A DNA stretch of 63,051 bases, filler included, from Octopus bimaculoides (taxonomy: Eukaryota), in NCBI RefSeq assembly GCF_001194135.2. It is 5 parts of 5 records of this genome, joined end to end, with 100 filler letters (N's around TTAATTAATTAA, not from the genome) between each part and the next. Parts side by side here need not be neighbours in the genome. Positions count along the whole stretch, not along the records: positions 1 to 28,431 come from NC_068996.1; positions 28,532 to 37,832 come from NC_068991.1; positions 37,933 to 50,198 come from NC_068992.1; 2 more parts are not named here. One strand, written 5' to 3'. Each line of letters starts with the position of its first letter. Positions within the stretch are counted from its first letter, which is position 1. The notes beneath the pieces were generated by a model that did no database searches, had not been told where the DNA came from, and saw nothing but the letters and a program-made list of their open reading frames with translations. Made by a program: the position numbers and the translations under genes. Below are positions 25,700 to 39,030 of the stretch, piece after piece.

Positions 25700-26438
25700 A
25701 ACCTAAATCATTGAAAAAATATTAACCAGCGCAAGACTATATCCATTAACAGAACCAAAAGTGAAAAAATGTGGTCGACATAACTGTGGTACTTGCCCCC
25801 ACCTTTTTGAGGGTTCAGAGTTCCACTTTAAACAAGGTGAAATATTTAAGATTAAATCAAATTTCACCTGTGCCTCGGAAAATCTAATCTATGCCATTAC
25901 ATGCTTAGGGTGTGGCAATAATTATATTGGCCAAACAGGAATATATCACTCCGTCGAAGGTTCGCTCTTTACAAAGAATAAATCCGCCGCCCACAATACA
26001 GACTGATACAGGTCAGTGGACACATAGAAAGGTGTGAGAGGAATCTTAATCCTAATTTCCTAATTTTTCCCTTCTATCAATGTTCACAGAACACCTCAAT
26101 ACAACAAAAAATGAATAAAGAGGCAACTTTCATCAATAAATATCTTCCACAACTAAAAATGAACACATAACATAATACAGAACACTACTAACCTTTCAAT
26201 TAATACCACTAACCCCCATACATCCCATATACCATTCACGTTACAGATCTATATCTACCTTAATTGCACCAAATCCAGAACTACTTACCTCCCTTACACA
26301 TTACCCTTTTACTCGGGGACTAGTAGACCTGACACCGTTCAGTAATCGGTGTTCATTGAAAGCAATGATTAGTAACTTTACGATACCGGTATGCTTTTGA
26401 ATCTCTTTAACTATTCACAATAATGACTTTTATTACTT
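25700..26438 (+). mobile_element. Penelope-like element (Neptune-type Cys linker) GIY-YIG 3' end plus tail
   Basis: KSLKKILTSARL..VKKCGRHNCGTC..FTCASENLIYAITCLGCGNNYIGQTG..IFPFYQC..KEATFINKYLPQL. Confidence 0.85.
26362..26394 (+). ncRNA. Degenerate minimal hammerhead motif in PLE tail
   Basis: GCA-ATGATTA-GTAA-CT-TTAC-GATAC-CG-GTA-TGC. Stems I and II and the ACCGGT palindrome are present, but there are three core substitutions. Confidence 0.4.
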
Positions 26439-27667
26439 NNNNNNNNNNNNNNNNNNNNNNNNNNNNNNNNNNNNNNNNNNNNNNNNNNNNNNNNNNNNNN
26501 NNNNNNNNNNNNNNNNNNNNNNNNNNNNNNNNNNNNNNNNNNNNNNNNNNNNNNNNNNNNNNNNNNNNNNNNNNNNNNNNNNNNNNNNNNNNNNNNNNNN
26601 NNNNNNNNNNNNNNNNNNNNNNNNNNNNNNNNNNNNNNNNNNNNNNNNNNNNNNNNNNNNNNNNNNNNNNNNNNNNNNNNNNNNNNNNNNNNNNNNNNNN
26701 NNNNNNNNNNNNNNNNNNNNNNNNNNNNNNNNNNNNNNNNNNNNNNNNNNNNNNNNNNNNNNNNNNNNNNNNNNNNNNNNNNNNNNNNNNNNNNNNNNNN
26801 NNNNNNNNNNNNNNNNNNNNNNNNNNNNNNNNNNNNNNNNNNNNNNNNNNNNNNNNNNNNNNNNNNNNNNNNNNNNNNNNNNNNNNNNNNNNNNNNNNNN
26901 NNNNNNNNNNNNNNNNNNNNNNNNNNNNNNNNNNNNNNNNNNNNNNNNNNNNNNNNNNNNNNNNNNNNNNNNNNNNNNNNNNNNNNNNNNNNNNNNNNNN
27001 NNNNNNNNNNNNNNNNNNNNNNNNNNNNNNNNNNNNNNNNNNNNNNNNNNNNNNNNNNNNNNNNNNNNNNNNNNNNNNNNNNNNNNNNNNNNNNNNNNNN
27101 NNNNNNNNNNNNNNNNNNNNNNNNNNNNNNNNNNNNNNNNNNNNNNNNNNNNNNNNNNNNNNNNNNNNNNNNNNNNNNNNNNNNNNNNNNNNNNNNNNNN
27201 NNNNNNNNNNNNNNNNNNNNNNNNNNNNNNNNNNNNNNNNNNNNNNNNNNNNNNNNNNNNNNNNNNNNNNNNNNNNNNNNNNNNNNNNNNNNNNNNNNNN
27301 NNNNNNNNNNNNNNNNNNNNNNNNNNNNNNNNNNNNNNNNNNNNNNNNNNNNNNNNNNNNNNNNNNNNNNNNNNNNNNNNNNNNNNNNNNNNNNATATAT
27401 ATATATAAACATATATATATATAAATGTATATAATATATATACATATATATATATATAATTGTATACAAATATATACACGCATATATAAATGTATATAAA
27501 TACATATGTATATTTATATAAATATATATGTATATACATACACACATATATATATAGAGAGAGATATATATGTATATAAAACATATGCATATGTATATAA
27601 TTATATATAAATCTAAATACATACATATATAGGAACATTAAATGGTATCAGTTTCATCGCTCTAGAA

Positions 27668-28431
27668 CATGGGTACCAAACTATGGCCCACGACGTCAAT
27701 TTGTCAGGCCCGCCGTCGTATGCTGACAAAAATAAACATGCTTTTATACTGCTTCCTATACTTCGTAAATTACGCATGTTGTATGTATACTGAGTCAGTC
27801 ACGTCACGCTCTATGTATTTCACGCGCCATAATAATTACTACAGTACATCACATGTGCCTCAGGCTAGTCAGTTATTAGTGATTACAATTAAAACGAGAA
27901 TATCTGACGCCGAGGCCTAAGACTGCTTTTGCTTTTTCCTCACCCATCGTTATGGCTACTAAGAAGAGAAAGGTTGATGATGAATGTCGCACTTTCAATA
28001 AAGAATGGGGAGAAAAGTAGTTCTTTGGGGAAACAAACGACCAGACAGCTAGTTGCCTGATATGCAATGAAAGTGTTGCTGTTATGAAAGAGTACAATAT
28101 TCGTCGTCACTACGAAGCAAAACATATTCTAAATATTCTGGAAAATTGCGGTCCAAGAAATTTGAACCTATGAAATGTAGTTTGGAATCTTAAAGGAATT
28201 TCTTTATGAAAAAGTTTGTTGAAAATGAATCTCTTACTCGTGTAAGTTGTAAAATAGTGAATAAGTTGGTAGAGCGAGGAAAACCATTTACTGAGGGAAA
28301 CTTCATAAAAGAGTGCATGATGGAAGCAGCAAATGACTTGTGTCCTGGAAAAGTTAACATGTTTGGCTGTATCAGCCTTTCAGCATGTTCAGTTGTGCGG
28401 AGAATAGAAGAACTTGGAGAGAATATACAGT
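27668..28431 (+). mobile_element. hAT transposon (SPIN/GTF2IRD2-like) 5' part
   Basis: Preceded by CTCTAGAA (27660-67, NTCTAGAN Charlie-type target). TIR-like CATGGGTACCAAACT..GGCCC. ORF from 27952 MATKKRKVDDECRTFNKEW..CLICNESVAVMKEYNIRRHYE..KPFTEGNFIKEC..SLS..V.RRIEEL. Cut by a scaffold join. Confidence 0.88.
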
Positions 28432-28531
28432 NNNNNNNNNNNNNNNNNNNNNNNNNNNNNNNNNNNNNNNNNNNNTTAATTAATTAANNNNNNNNNNNNN
28501 NNNNNNNNNNNNNNNNNNNNNNNNNNNNNNN
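28432..28531. other. Artificial scaffold linker N44-TTAATTAATTAA-N44
   Basis: 12-mer at 28476-87 with exactly 44 N on each side. The identical construct occurs four times in the window. Confidence 0.95.
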
Positions 28532-28849
28532 TTATCTCTGAGTAGAATTTGAGTCACTGAAATCTCCATTGAAACAAAAAGCACTTTTGTTAAGTTTCAT
28601 TGATTTTAAATATATATACATATATATATATATATATAAATATATATATATATGTATACACACACACTCACACACACACACATATATATATAAATATACA
28701 CTTAGATAGATTTCGACCAATATTGACCAATGCCATGACTATCTTAACAGCACATTCTGGAATAGCCATTTCATCATTTTTCATGTTACAGCCTTACTCT
28801 CGGCTCCATGCCACGTTCGAATTAAGAGTTATCGTTTGGAGAGATGTAT

Positions 28850-29720
28850 CGGGGACGTAGGTGGTTTATCGAGGATTTTATGGGAGAATTTGGGAGCGAG
28901 AGTACAGCAAACTAACGTGGGAGTCAAGAAAAATAGGACGAATGCTGCTGTTGATTAGCTCCGAGAGGCGATCACCTCTAGCTAGCAATATGACGCACGA
29001 ACCTGCGTCCATAAACCTTCGAACAGGGGAGGTCATCATTCTCTTCCCTTGTGCGTCTTATGCATGTCAAAGAGAATAGGGCCATTCAAGGTGAACTAGT
29101 TCTGTTTTAGGGCTGTGGTATGACCAGAAATTTTGTAGAGGACGGATTGCACGGGGACCAAGCCTTCGGTAAATTTTAAAGTTGATGAATATTTCCCACA
29201 TCATACAAATGATATATCACTCACTTCTGTGTTGAAGGGAATACAGTTTGAGTTTCTTGAACCGATCCATATAATTAAAGCTTATCATATCAACTGTAAT
29301 TTTTGTTGAATGGTTGATCTCTGCAGTGCTTCAATTTTTATAATACTGTGTTTCTTGTAGTGAGAGTGCAGCAGACGACAGTATTGAAGATAGAGAAGGG
29401 AAGGATAATGGTAAAGGTCCCCTAGATCGGTAAGTCCTAAGGATCTAGGAGTACGTCTTGTGGGCCAATTTAATGTTGCTGTTTATGTGGGCCCGCCACT
29501 GTAAGTTGTTATCAATAGTTACTCCGAATTCCTTGGCGTTTGATGCCTCGAGGGTAGCAACCGAAGGAAATATACATGGTAATTTAAGTGCATCTTCTTT
29601 TCTGAATTGGATTAGTTCAAATTTATCCTCGTTTAGCTGCTTGTATGTTCAGAAGATTAGTGATTAGCATATTCCAACCCCCAGTCTTCTTTCCGGTACG
29701 TTGGGAAGAAGAAAACCACT
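28850..29720 (-). mobile_element. CR1-like LINE 3' fragment
   Basis: LNEDKFELIQF..EFGVTIDNNLQWRAHI, YMDRFKKLKLYSLQHRSE.YIICMMW, RLGPRAIRP. Confidence 0.75.
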
Positions 29721-30337
29721 AGGCTAACCAACTATATCTGGAATCTGAATGCCAAAAATATCTTATAGACCATGAAAAGGTTCATATTAGAGTGATCTAC
29801 GCCATACATTATTAGTAGGTCACGGAAGAGCAGGCTTTGTATAGTGAAGGAATTCATATGCTTTTTAAATGTAAGCACACCACCCACCTACTGAACTTGA
29901 GATCGAAAATATTCACATGATGCAAGCATCACGACAAGTTTCTACTATCGAAATGGAGAACACCACTCACTCGCTCGAGATGAGGCATACAGTCTTATAA
30001 GCTTTAATCTTCTCTGTTGGACTGACTGCACTAACCAATGTCAATTTTCCTTCTAACGGACCAAAGGGACACAACTCTTATATCCCTTCTCTGCAAGCTT
30101 TCATTTTCTTATTTCTTTTTTATTGATTTCTTATTCTGGGTTCTTTCTCTTTCTTTCTCCATCTTTTTCAGAGAGCAGTCATGATTATTTTTAGCCTGAA
30201 CAATTTAGGATAATACACGATAATATACAGGTTTGTACGACCACTGCATTGTGCGAGCAGAAAATTTATAGTAGCTCATTAAATATATATATATATATGA
30301 ATGACAAAACATTAAGGATTACTTAATAATCTTCATT

Positions 30338-30416
30338 AGCTTACACCTGTTTCCGCTAAAGAAACAGTGCATTAGAGAGGAGTGCTTGCACAAAGTCCTA
30401 TAGCTTCTCCGGAGTC
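30338..30416 (-). ncRNA. Degenerate hammerhead motif (core mutated)
   Basis: ACT-CCGGAGA-AGCTA...TAGCG-GAAAC-AGGT-GTA-AGC on the minus strand, next to a (TA)n run. CUGANGA is replaced by CCGGAGA. Confidence 0.4.
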
Positions 30417-30549
30417 ATATCCCATCATAGAGGTCAACGACCTTGCTAATATGAATATCTCTATGAAATCAAAGTGGAAGTGGATAACTATAGACAACTG
30501 TTTCGAAACCCAAGTTATATATGTGTGTGAGAGAGGTTGTGTGTGTGTA

Positions 30550-30599
<50 letters not shown>

Positions 30600-31234
30600 T
30601 GTATGTGCATGTGTGTGTGCGCTTGTGTGTTAGTGCATGTGTGTGTTTGTATACATATATGTNNNNNNNNNNNNNNNNNNNNNNNNNNNNNNNNNNNNNN
30701 NNNNNNNNNNNNNNNNNNNNNNNNNNNNNNNNNNNNNNNNNNNNNNNNNNNNNNNNNNNNNNNNNNNNNNNNNNNNNNNNNNNNNNNNNNNNNNNNNNNN
30801 NNNNNNNNNNNNNNNNNNNNNNNNNNNNNNNNNNNNNNNNNNNNNNNNNNNNNNNNNNNNNNNNNNNNNNNNNNNNNNNNNNNNNNNNNNNNNNNNNNNN
30901 NNNNNNNNNNNNNNNNNNNNNNNNNNNNNNNNNNNNNNNNNNNNNNNNNNNNNNNNNNNNNNNNNNNNNNNNNNNNNNNNNNNNNNNNNNNNNNNNNNNN
31001 NNNNNNNNNNNNNNNNNNNNNNNNNNNNNNNNNNNNNNNNNNNNNNNNNNNNNNNNNNNNNNNNNNNNNNNNNNNNNNNNNNNNNNNNNNNNNNNNNNNN
31101 NNNNNNNNNNNNNNNNNNNNNNNNNNNNNNNNNNNNNNNNNNNNNNNNNNNNNNNNNNNNNNNNNNNNNNNNNNNNNNNNNNNNNNNNNNNNNNNNNNNN
31201 NNNNNNTATATATATATATATTCTTTTATTTGTT

Positions 31235-33469
31235 TCAGTCAGTTAGGATCTTTGTCACTATGCAGTGGCACCCCGTTCTGCTGTTTGTGTAACTTTTAAT
31301 GCTAAAGTTTGGTACAAGGCTTTCCAGGATTTTCCAGATGTATATCACTGCATATTTTCCCCGGCTTCGTTTTAAGGAGAAGAGTTTTAACTCTTTCGGT
31401 GTTTCCCAATAGCTGATACGTTCCATTGAAACGGTTTTCTTTGTGTAGCATCGTTGGATTGCTTTGAGTTCTGCCGTTGATTTTATAATGAGCGGTAACC
31501 ATTGTCGTCTTTTCTCTCGTTTGCAAAGTTCGAAGGATCCATTCAACTAGCCATTTGCATTTTATTACCAAATTAGAAATATACACCTGGAAAGATGCAT
31601 CATTGCTCATGTCAATGCCCAGGTCACGCACTGATTTTGATTCAAGGATCACAATTCCACTCGGGCCAGTGCATTCTGCCTGCATGACGTTCAGCTTTGT
31701 GTGTTGGTAGCGTAGTGCTTGGAATTTCCCTGCACAAAACCGCATGCTTTTTGTCCTCAGCTCACCTGCATATTGCCTCCAACTTCCGTTGCAGATATGC
31801 AATATTTCCAGGATTTTGTATTGTCAGACAGACTTTTGTGTCATCTGCATAGCTAGCAAGGGTGGTTATCTGAGCATCTGAGAACATGTCTGAGAGGGCC
31901 ACTATAAATAGTAGTCGTTATAAGACACTGCCCTGTAGAACACTTACTATTTGTGTTTTCTTAGAGGTGGCCAAGTTTTCTGATTATGCCCAGATCACAC
32001 AGTTTGTGACATATCATACCATGGTCAACTTTATCAAAGGCTTTTACAAAGTCGAGATATATCACATCCACACTTGAGTCGTTTAGCAGCTGTTTTAACA
32101 CACTCGTAATGTAAGAGCTATGCCAGGGAGCTTCTACCTGGTCGAAATCCATGCTAGATATTAGTCACCAAGTCATTTTCTTCAAGAAACGCGATTTGTT
32201 TCTTGCAGACTTCGATCCACGACTTTGCTGATGTATGAGGTCAGAGAGATAGGCCTGTCATTTTTAGCATCTGCTTTGCTCCCTCCTTTATTGATAGGGC
32301 GTATTATCCTTTCCTTCAGTTTGTCTGGGAGCTTACCACTTGCAAGAAAGCTCTAAAAAAGAAGCTGCAGTAGTTTTGTAAGGGCTCGTTTGCACCAATT
32401 GAGAAGGATTGCTGGGAATCCATCGGATCCAGCAGCTGAGTTTGTGTCAATCTCATCTATGGCCAGTGTTACAAGTAAAGTGGCAACGAATTCTGCTGGT
32501 TTGTTCACTTGTCTGTGTCCCAGATGTGTAGTGAACACACTTTGGAACTTTTCGTTCAGTATTTCACTTATCCTCATTGGGTTTCCTGTGAGGGGGTCAT
32601 CTTGTGGTGTACTGAGGCTGTTTCTTTGCCAAAGTTAAAGTAAGCTTTACGGTTAAGCTTTCTATAATCCAGGCATCCTTATCTGCTCGCTCTTTTCGTG
32701 AGACTAATGCAGATATTTTTCAATTTCCAACAGTGTTCTCTCCAGGCGAAACTCTTTCTCTATTTTTGAGGAGTTTGTTCAGGCGGTTTGCAATCTTTGT
32801 CCGTCATCTTTTAAGAATTTTTCTTTCCCTAGGAATCTTGTTTTTGTGTGTTGGCCTTGTGCTCAGGGACAGATTTGTCATATATGGCTCACATTATGGA
32901 CATGAAATGTTTATATTTCATGCCAATGACTGGTGTGGAGAGGCATTTAGGCCAATCCTGTTTGAGGATCTTTTTCTCAATCAACTTCCAGTTTGCTTTA
33001 TGAACATTCAATTTGGAGAGATTTCGGGTGCTTCGTATAGGTTCTACGTCTGCAGGCTCTTTTGGTCCATACATAGACAGCTCTATTATGTTGTGATCCG
33101 AGATCAGCGTCGGTATCACTCTAACATTATGGATAATGACCATATTGTTTGTGAAGCAGAGATCCAGTATCTTATTTGCCCTGGTTAGTTGCAACACAAT
33201 TTTCTCCATGAAAGAAACATTGGTGAGATGGAAGAGAGACTCCACTTGTGCTTGCTGGTGGTGTGTCATTCCTGGGAGCATCTGGTCCTCAGGCCATCCC
33301 ACACTAGGGAAGTTAAAGTGACCCAAAAGGAATACACTTTTGCTCCAGTTTGGTGAGAACTTCTGTCTTTGCTAGGCAGTCTTCAAACACACCTCTATGA
33401 TTTGGAGCATCCAGTGCGCGATATGTAGTACATATAATAATATTAAGTTGTCTTATGTGTACAATATGT

Positions 33470-33470
<1 letters not shown>
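31235..33470 (-). mobile_element. CR1-like LINE, endonuclease end plus RT plus C-terminus, degraded
   Basis: GHFNFP..TRANKILDL..ISDHNII (APE); EILNEKFQSVFT, SAAGSDGFPAILL, VDVIYLDFVKAFDKVDHG, YADDTKV, VRDLGI, LKLFSLKRSR..YAVIYIWKIL. Confidence 0.92.
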
Positions 33471-33513
<43 letters not shown>

Positions 33514-34998
33514 GTATATATATATATNNNNNNNNNNNNNNNNNNNNNNNNNNNNNNNNNNNNNNNNNNNNNNNNNNNNNNNNNNNNNNNNNNNNNNNNN
33601 NNNNNNNNNNNNNNNNNNNNNNNNNNNNNNNNNNNNNNNNNNNNNNNNNNNNNNNNNNNNNNNNNNNNNNNNNNNNNNNNNNNNNNNNNNNNNNNNNNNN
33701 NNNNNNNNNNNNNNNNNNNNNNNNNNNNNNNNNNNNNNNNNNNNNNNNNNNNNNNNNNNNNNNNNNNNNNNNNNNNNNNNNNNNNNNNNNNNNNNNNNNN
33801 NNNNNNNNNNNNNNNNNNNNNNNNNNNNNNNNNNNNNATATATGGGGGAAGAGTGCACTTTATACATAAAACAAAGGAACCCATTCACATATTTCTTTCA
33901 TAAGTAATGTGTATGTGTATATGTATATATACATATGTGTATATATAAATATATATATGTGAATATGTGTGTGCGGGCTCGCGGGCGTGTGTGTGTTTGT
34001 GTGTGTGTATTTGTGTGTGCATATAAACATATTTATACTGTTAACAAGGGTTGATTTATATTTCTTACAGCCCTACTTTATCTTCTAGTGCATAGTTTTC
34101 GTGCGGATGCTTTGTAAATTAACGAGCATCACAGATGTAAACGTAAATATCACTGCTACAAACATAGGAAAGACATTAATTAACAGCTGTAAATGTAGAC
34201 AAAGTATATATATATGTCAGAATTAACTTTAACCTAAACTAACATCTTGAATGACGGCGATTGTTATACTAAGGCGCCGGGTAACGTCTCGTGGCTCAAA
34301 TATTTCTCACCCTGCTACCGCATTGTATCGTATCGTTTGGCTTTGCTCCGTTTATTTTGCTTTAAATAGTCTTCCTAATCAAAGATTAGATAAGTAATAA
34401 GCTTCTTTTTTTATTTCCTTTTTGTTATATTTGCTATGTAGTGATCCTGTTGAGGTTCTGTTGCAGAACTTAAGTACCAGGTGAGATTGGTGCGTCTACT
34501 ATTTCATTTGTTCTGTTGTTACACTTAGTAAGTAAAGTTGAAGAAAATAAACATGGACCGGAAAAAGGGATTTTCAGAGATATCTGTTTTTTTTTTTTAC
34601 AGGCGGAGAATTGGTTCAATTTGCTGTCTGGTGCAGCGGTTGAGAAAATATACCGGGTGTGGGCGATACCTCCGACATTCACTAGCGTTTCCACTCTTTC
34701 TTTCTCTCTTCATTCTCTATTACTTTCTTTCTTTTTCTTTACTCGCATAGTCCAAAAGAGAAAAGGCAATGCTAACCAAGGATGGAGGACGATATGTGTA
34801 GAGAAAATGAAGAACCTGTGAAAATTAAGAGGGGCTGACCCATTTTTAGCTTTATGAACATGTGGCTCATGGATTTCCCAATCATATCTCGGGAAGGTAT
34901 TGCTTTCTACCATAACCTTGCATCAATTTTGTTATAATATTTCTGCTGAAATTCACTGCTTTTTGTTTCAATTGATTATTGAGAATAATGAAGAATAT

Positions 34999-35316
34999 TA
35001 TTTATTTATTTATGCGCCCTTTCCAAACCTAGCCAGGCTCATGGGCCCGGTTTCCCGGTTTCTATGGCGTATGTGTTCCCCCCAGCTGGACGGGACGCCA
35101 GTCCATCGCAGCGTTACTCAAGAAACAGGAAGAAAGAGTGAGAGAAAGTTGGGGCGAAAGAGTACAACAGGAGTCGTCACCACCCCCTGCCGGAGCCTCG
35201 TGGAGCTTTAGGTGTTTTCGCTCAATAAACACACACAACGCCCGGTCTGGGAATCGAAACAGCGATCCTCCGACCGCGAGTCCGCTGCCCTAACCACTGG
35301 GCCATTGCGCCTCCAC
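34999..35316 (-). mobile_element. Full-length young tRNA-derived SINE with 12-bp TSD
   Basis: Head GTGGAGGCGCAATGGCCCAGTGG (A box) and GTTTCGATTCC (B box), (TAAA)n tail, perfect AATGAAGAATAT duplication at 34987-98 and 35317-28. Confidence 0.92.
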
Positions 35317-36699
35317 AATGAAGAATATAGCGAAATAATATTTGTAGGAAATTTNNNNNNNNNNNNNNNNNNNNNNNNNNNNNNNNNNNNNNNNNNNNNN
35401 NNNNNNNNNNNNNNNNNNNNNNNNNNNNNNNNNNNNNNNNNNNNNNNNNNNNNNNNNNNNNNNNNNNNNNNNNNNNNNNNNNNNNNNNNNNNNNNNNNNN
35501 NNNNNNNNNNNNNNNNNNNNNNNNNNNNNNNNNNNNNNNNNNNNNNNNNNNNNNNNNNNNNNNNNNNNNNNNNNNNNNNNNNNNNNNNNNNNNNNNNNNN
35601 NNNNNNNNNNNNNNNNNNNNNNNNNNNNNNNNNNNNNNNNNNNNNNNNNNNNNNNNNNNNNNNNNNNNNNNNNNNNNNNNNNNNNNNNNNNNNNNNNNNN
35701 NNNNNNNNNNNNNNNNNNNNNNNNNNNNNNNNNNNNNNNNNNNNNNNNNNNNNNNNNNNNNNNNNNNNNNNNNNNNNNNNNNNNNNNNNNNNNNNNNNNN
35801 NNNNNNNNNNNNNNNNNNNNNNNNNNNNNNNNNNNNNNNNNNNNNNNNNNNNNNNNNNNNNNNNNNNNNNNNNNNNNNNNNNNNNNNNNNNNNNNNNNNN
35901 NNNNNNNNNNNNNNNNNNNNNNNNNNNNNNNNNNNNNNNNNNNNNNNNNNNNNNNNNNNNNNNNNNNNNNNNNNNNNNNNNNNNNNNNNNNNNNTTCAAC
36001 CATTACTCCTTTCAACGGAGTTCACTCTGTTGTAAACATTAAGTCTAAGCGTTCGTTTTGAGGATAACATTTCTCTATTCATTCTATTAGTCTTTGAGGC
36101 CTTTGAAATGATCATGGATGCTGCCGTTCCTCCTGCGACTAGCCCACAAACGGATTAAGGTTGTTAAACATACGATCCGCTGCTCTATAAAATAACATTT
36201 TTTGTCCATTTTAAAATATTTTCTGTAAAATATATATATATATATGCATTCAGAGCCAAAACCCGATTAGATCCGTGATTAAGACAGGTTCTGATTAGTC
36301 AAATTAGTGCGGATTTGAGAATCTTTTAGCTCGACAATGAAAAACGAAATTATGAACCCATATACTAAAAGGCGTGATTTATTTCCCCTACTCTTTCTCT
36401 ATACGAGCCGAGCCAAATGGAAGAATGTTTTTGTATGCAAATTTACATACGTGTTTGTCCGAATGGATTCTATTGATTTGAACGATAAAGGTTTGGCATC
36501 TGAAACACTACAAGCTTTCTATCAACCATTGGTCTTCTCAAGAACTGCATGCCGTCATTTGGACGATTTCTATACCTTTTCTCACTTTAAGGATTCTTAA
36601 AAGAGCTGCATATACATCCATCCATCCATCATACTTACACATACATACGTACATACATACATACATACATACATACATACATACATACATACATACACG

Positions 36700-37230
36700 T
36701 ATCAGTTCAATAAAGTTACAGCATGATCTTGAAGAATTTGTCTTGCGATTAATTCTCTCCTGCAACATTCGAATCACATGCCCGTAGTATCGGAGCTGAG
36801 GCCGCTCAATGTGGAGAAGTAGCAGCTCGACCGAAGATACACCCTGATCTCTGAGTTGAGAACCGTGGTGAGTAATGTTAGTCCAGAGATCCTTCGCAGG
36901 AACGCCATTTCGGCCGCTTGTATTCGCGATCGAATCACTCTATCAGTCATCACATAATATCGAAGACCATAGGTGAAGATAGGCACGAAAGCGGAATTGA
37001 AGGGATCAAATTTGGCATTTTTTTGCCAATCTCACCTCTTCTGAGGATGAAATGCGAATGCTTGACACATTACTGTGCCAGCACCTAAAATTTTAGCATC
37101 CAATTCATCTTCTTGCTTCCCATCACTCATTAATACGGCCCCGAAATACTTAAACTGCTCCACTTCTCTCAGCGATATTCCACTAACATGCAGAGTGCTC
37201 TGGGAAGATCAGTTTTATCATACCACCGAA
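36700..37230 (-). mobile_element. RTE-clade LINE RT C-terminal fragment
   Basis: VEQFKYFG..ELDAKI, FVPIFTYG..MTDRVIRSRIQAAEMAFLRRISG, ERPQLRYYGHVIRM. Confidence 0.85.
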
Positions 37231-37832
37231 TGAACGTTCGCGTTTGGTTCATCTGGTGCCTCCACGATGCTTAAACTTGACATGGCTCAAAAGAACAAGT
37301 CGGAAATGGAACTGTTCTCGGGCATTGATCGCCAGGTGGGACAGATGGTGGTCTTGCTTAGAGGTGCTGGGCCTTGTGCTGCCTTCTTTTTACGTCTTTT
37401 TCAGGCTTCCTAACTATAGAAATTCAAAATTTAAAATGTTAGATTTCGTAAGGACCTTTATCTCTCTGTATATATTAAATTATAATAAATGACTAATTTT
37501 GAAGACTAAGAGCAGATGTAAATACCAATAATAATATACTGCGATCAATTCAAATGACTAACAAATTCTCCTTCCTTTGGCTATCCCCACTGCAATATTT
37601 GTGGACTTGTGCCAATACCATAGAGAACATAAATCGGTACTCCTTACACGGTGTGTGTGAGTGTGAGAGAGAGAGAGAGAGAGAGAGGCAGAGAGAGAGA
37701 GAGAGGCAGAGAGAGAGAGAGAGAGACAGAGAGATATAGAGAGAGAGAAAAAGAGAGAGATGTTGACGCGCGTGTGTGTGTGAGAGAGAGAGAGAAATAG
37801 AGAGAGACGTTGATGCGTGTGTGTGTTCGCGC

Positions 37833-37932
37833 NNNNNNNNNNNNNNNNNNNNNNNNNNNNNNNNNNNNNNNNNNNNTTAATTAATTAANNNNNNNNNNNN
37901 NNNNNNNNNNNNNNNNNNNNNNNNNNNNNNNN
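37833..37932. other. Artificial scaffold linker N44-TTAATTAATTAA-N44
   Basis: 12-mer at 37877-88, 44 N each side. Confidence 0.95.
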
Positions 37933-38884
37933 AGGAGGAGGAGGAGGAGGAGGAGGGTAAGAAAACGAAGAAGGAGGAGAAGAAGCAGAAGGATAATAAT
38001 AATAGTAATAATGATAATAAGATGATGATGATGATGATGATGACGATGATGATGAAAAAAAAAGTTTTTTTTCTTTCTGACTTTTCTTCAATCGTATATT
38101 TTATCCAACAACGTAACGGCTTTATTACTTGAACGCTTTTACAGTAAAAGTACAGAGAATATTAATGGTATATATTTCAACCTCCGAACGCCTATATAGA
38201 GACTATAAAATAAACAGTTTTGATGTTCCCACACCCGCTCACCCATCACTAATTCGTATTTAAAATAACTCCTCTTTCATTCGTATTTCGACAACTCATT
38301 GGCAAAAACCAGCAGAACTCTGGACTAAATGTTTTTCAGTATTTGTTTTTTTTTAAAGTATTCAATATTCAGTTTTTCAGTATTTCTAAGTCCCGAGTTC
38401 CATTTCAGCAACCGAACCTTTATCATTCAATCCCGTTTGAGTGGGTTACATTTATATAACAACAGTAATAATGTCGATACAGTCTGCTATATTTTCTTAT
38501 ATTTTCTCGAAGATTTTGGCTTTTTTTCCTAAGGATGTCAAGTTATAGCGTTTTTGAATAACAGAAGATAAAATTTCTAACAATCGTGACTGTAAGGCGG
38601 GTTTCATTCATAGTTTAAATCGTTTCATTTTCAGTTACACCGTTGAAGCTAGTTGAAGAAGTACATAAGTCCCGCAATACCTCTATTCCCATCTCTTAAA
38701 ACAGGGATCTTCAGAACTCAGCAAAAAAGAAACCGTCATACGACGAACATTCTAGGACGAGTATTGCATTACATTCAATCCAGGTTTTCGATGCAGCTGC
38801 ATTATGTCCACCTTGGATACAACCTTTTTAAGTGACGTTGCTATTTCGTTTCAGACATTCGTGAATTTTACCACTTTTCTTCGC

Positions 38885-39030
38885 CACCGTAGCTTAGTGG
38901 TTTGGTAACAGGTATCGATAGCATAAGTACAAGACTTAAAAGTAAGTACTGGGGTTGATTTCGTTGACTAAGCCCTTTCAAGGCAGTGCCCCAGCATGGC
39001 CGCAAACCAATGCCCGAAATAAAGGATAAA
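38885..39030 (+). mobile_element. SINE fragment (A-box head plus 3' part, internal deletion)
   Basis: TAGCTTAGTGG followed by AGTACTGGGGTTGATTT..TTCAAGGCAGTGCCCCAGCATGGCCGC. Confidence 0.62.

Noticed and set aside
34450-34830. Plus-strand splice-like signals (TTGCAG..CAG|GTGAGA; T-run ACAG) suggesting small exons
   Set aside because: No recognisable protein or consistent frame; such signals arise by chance in T-rich DNA.
35200-35316. tRNA gene
   Set aside because: A and B boxes belong to a SINE head with body, tail and TSD; no complete cloverleaf.
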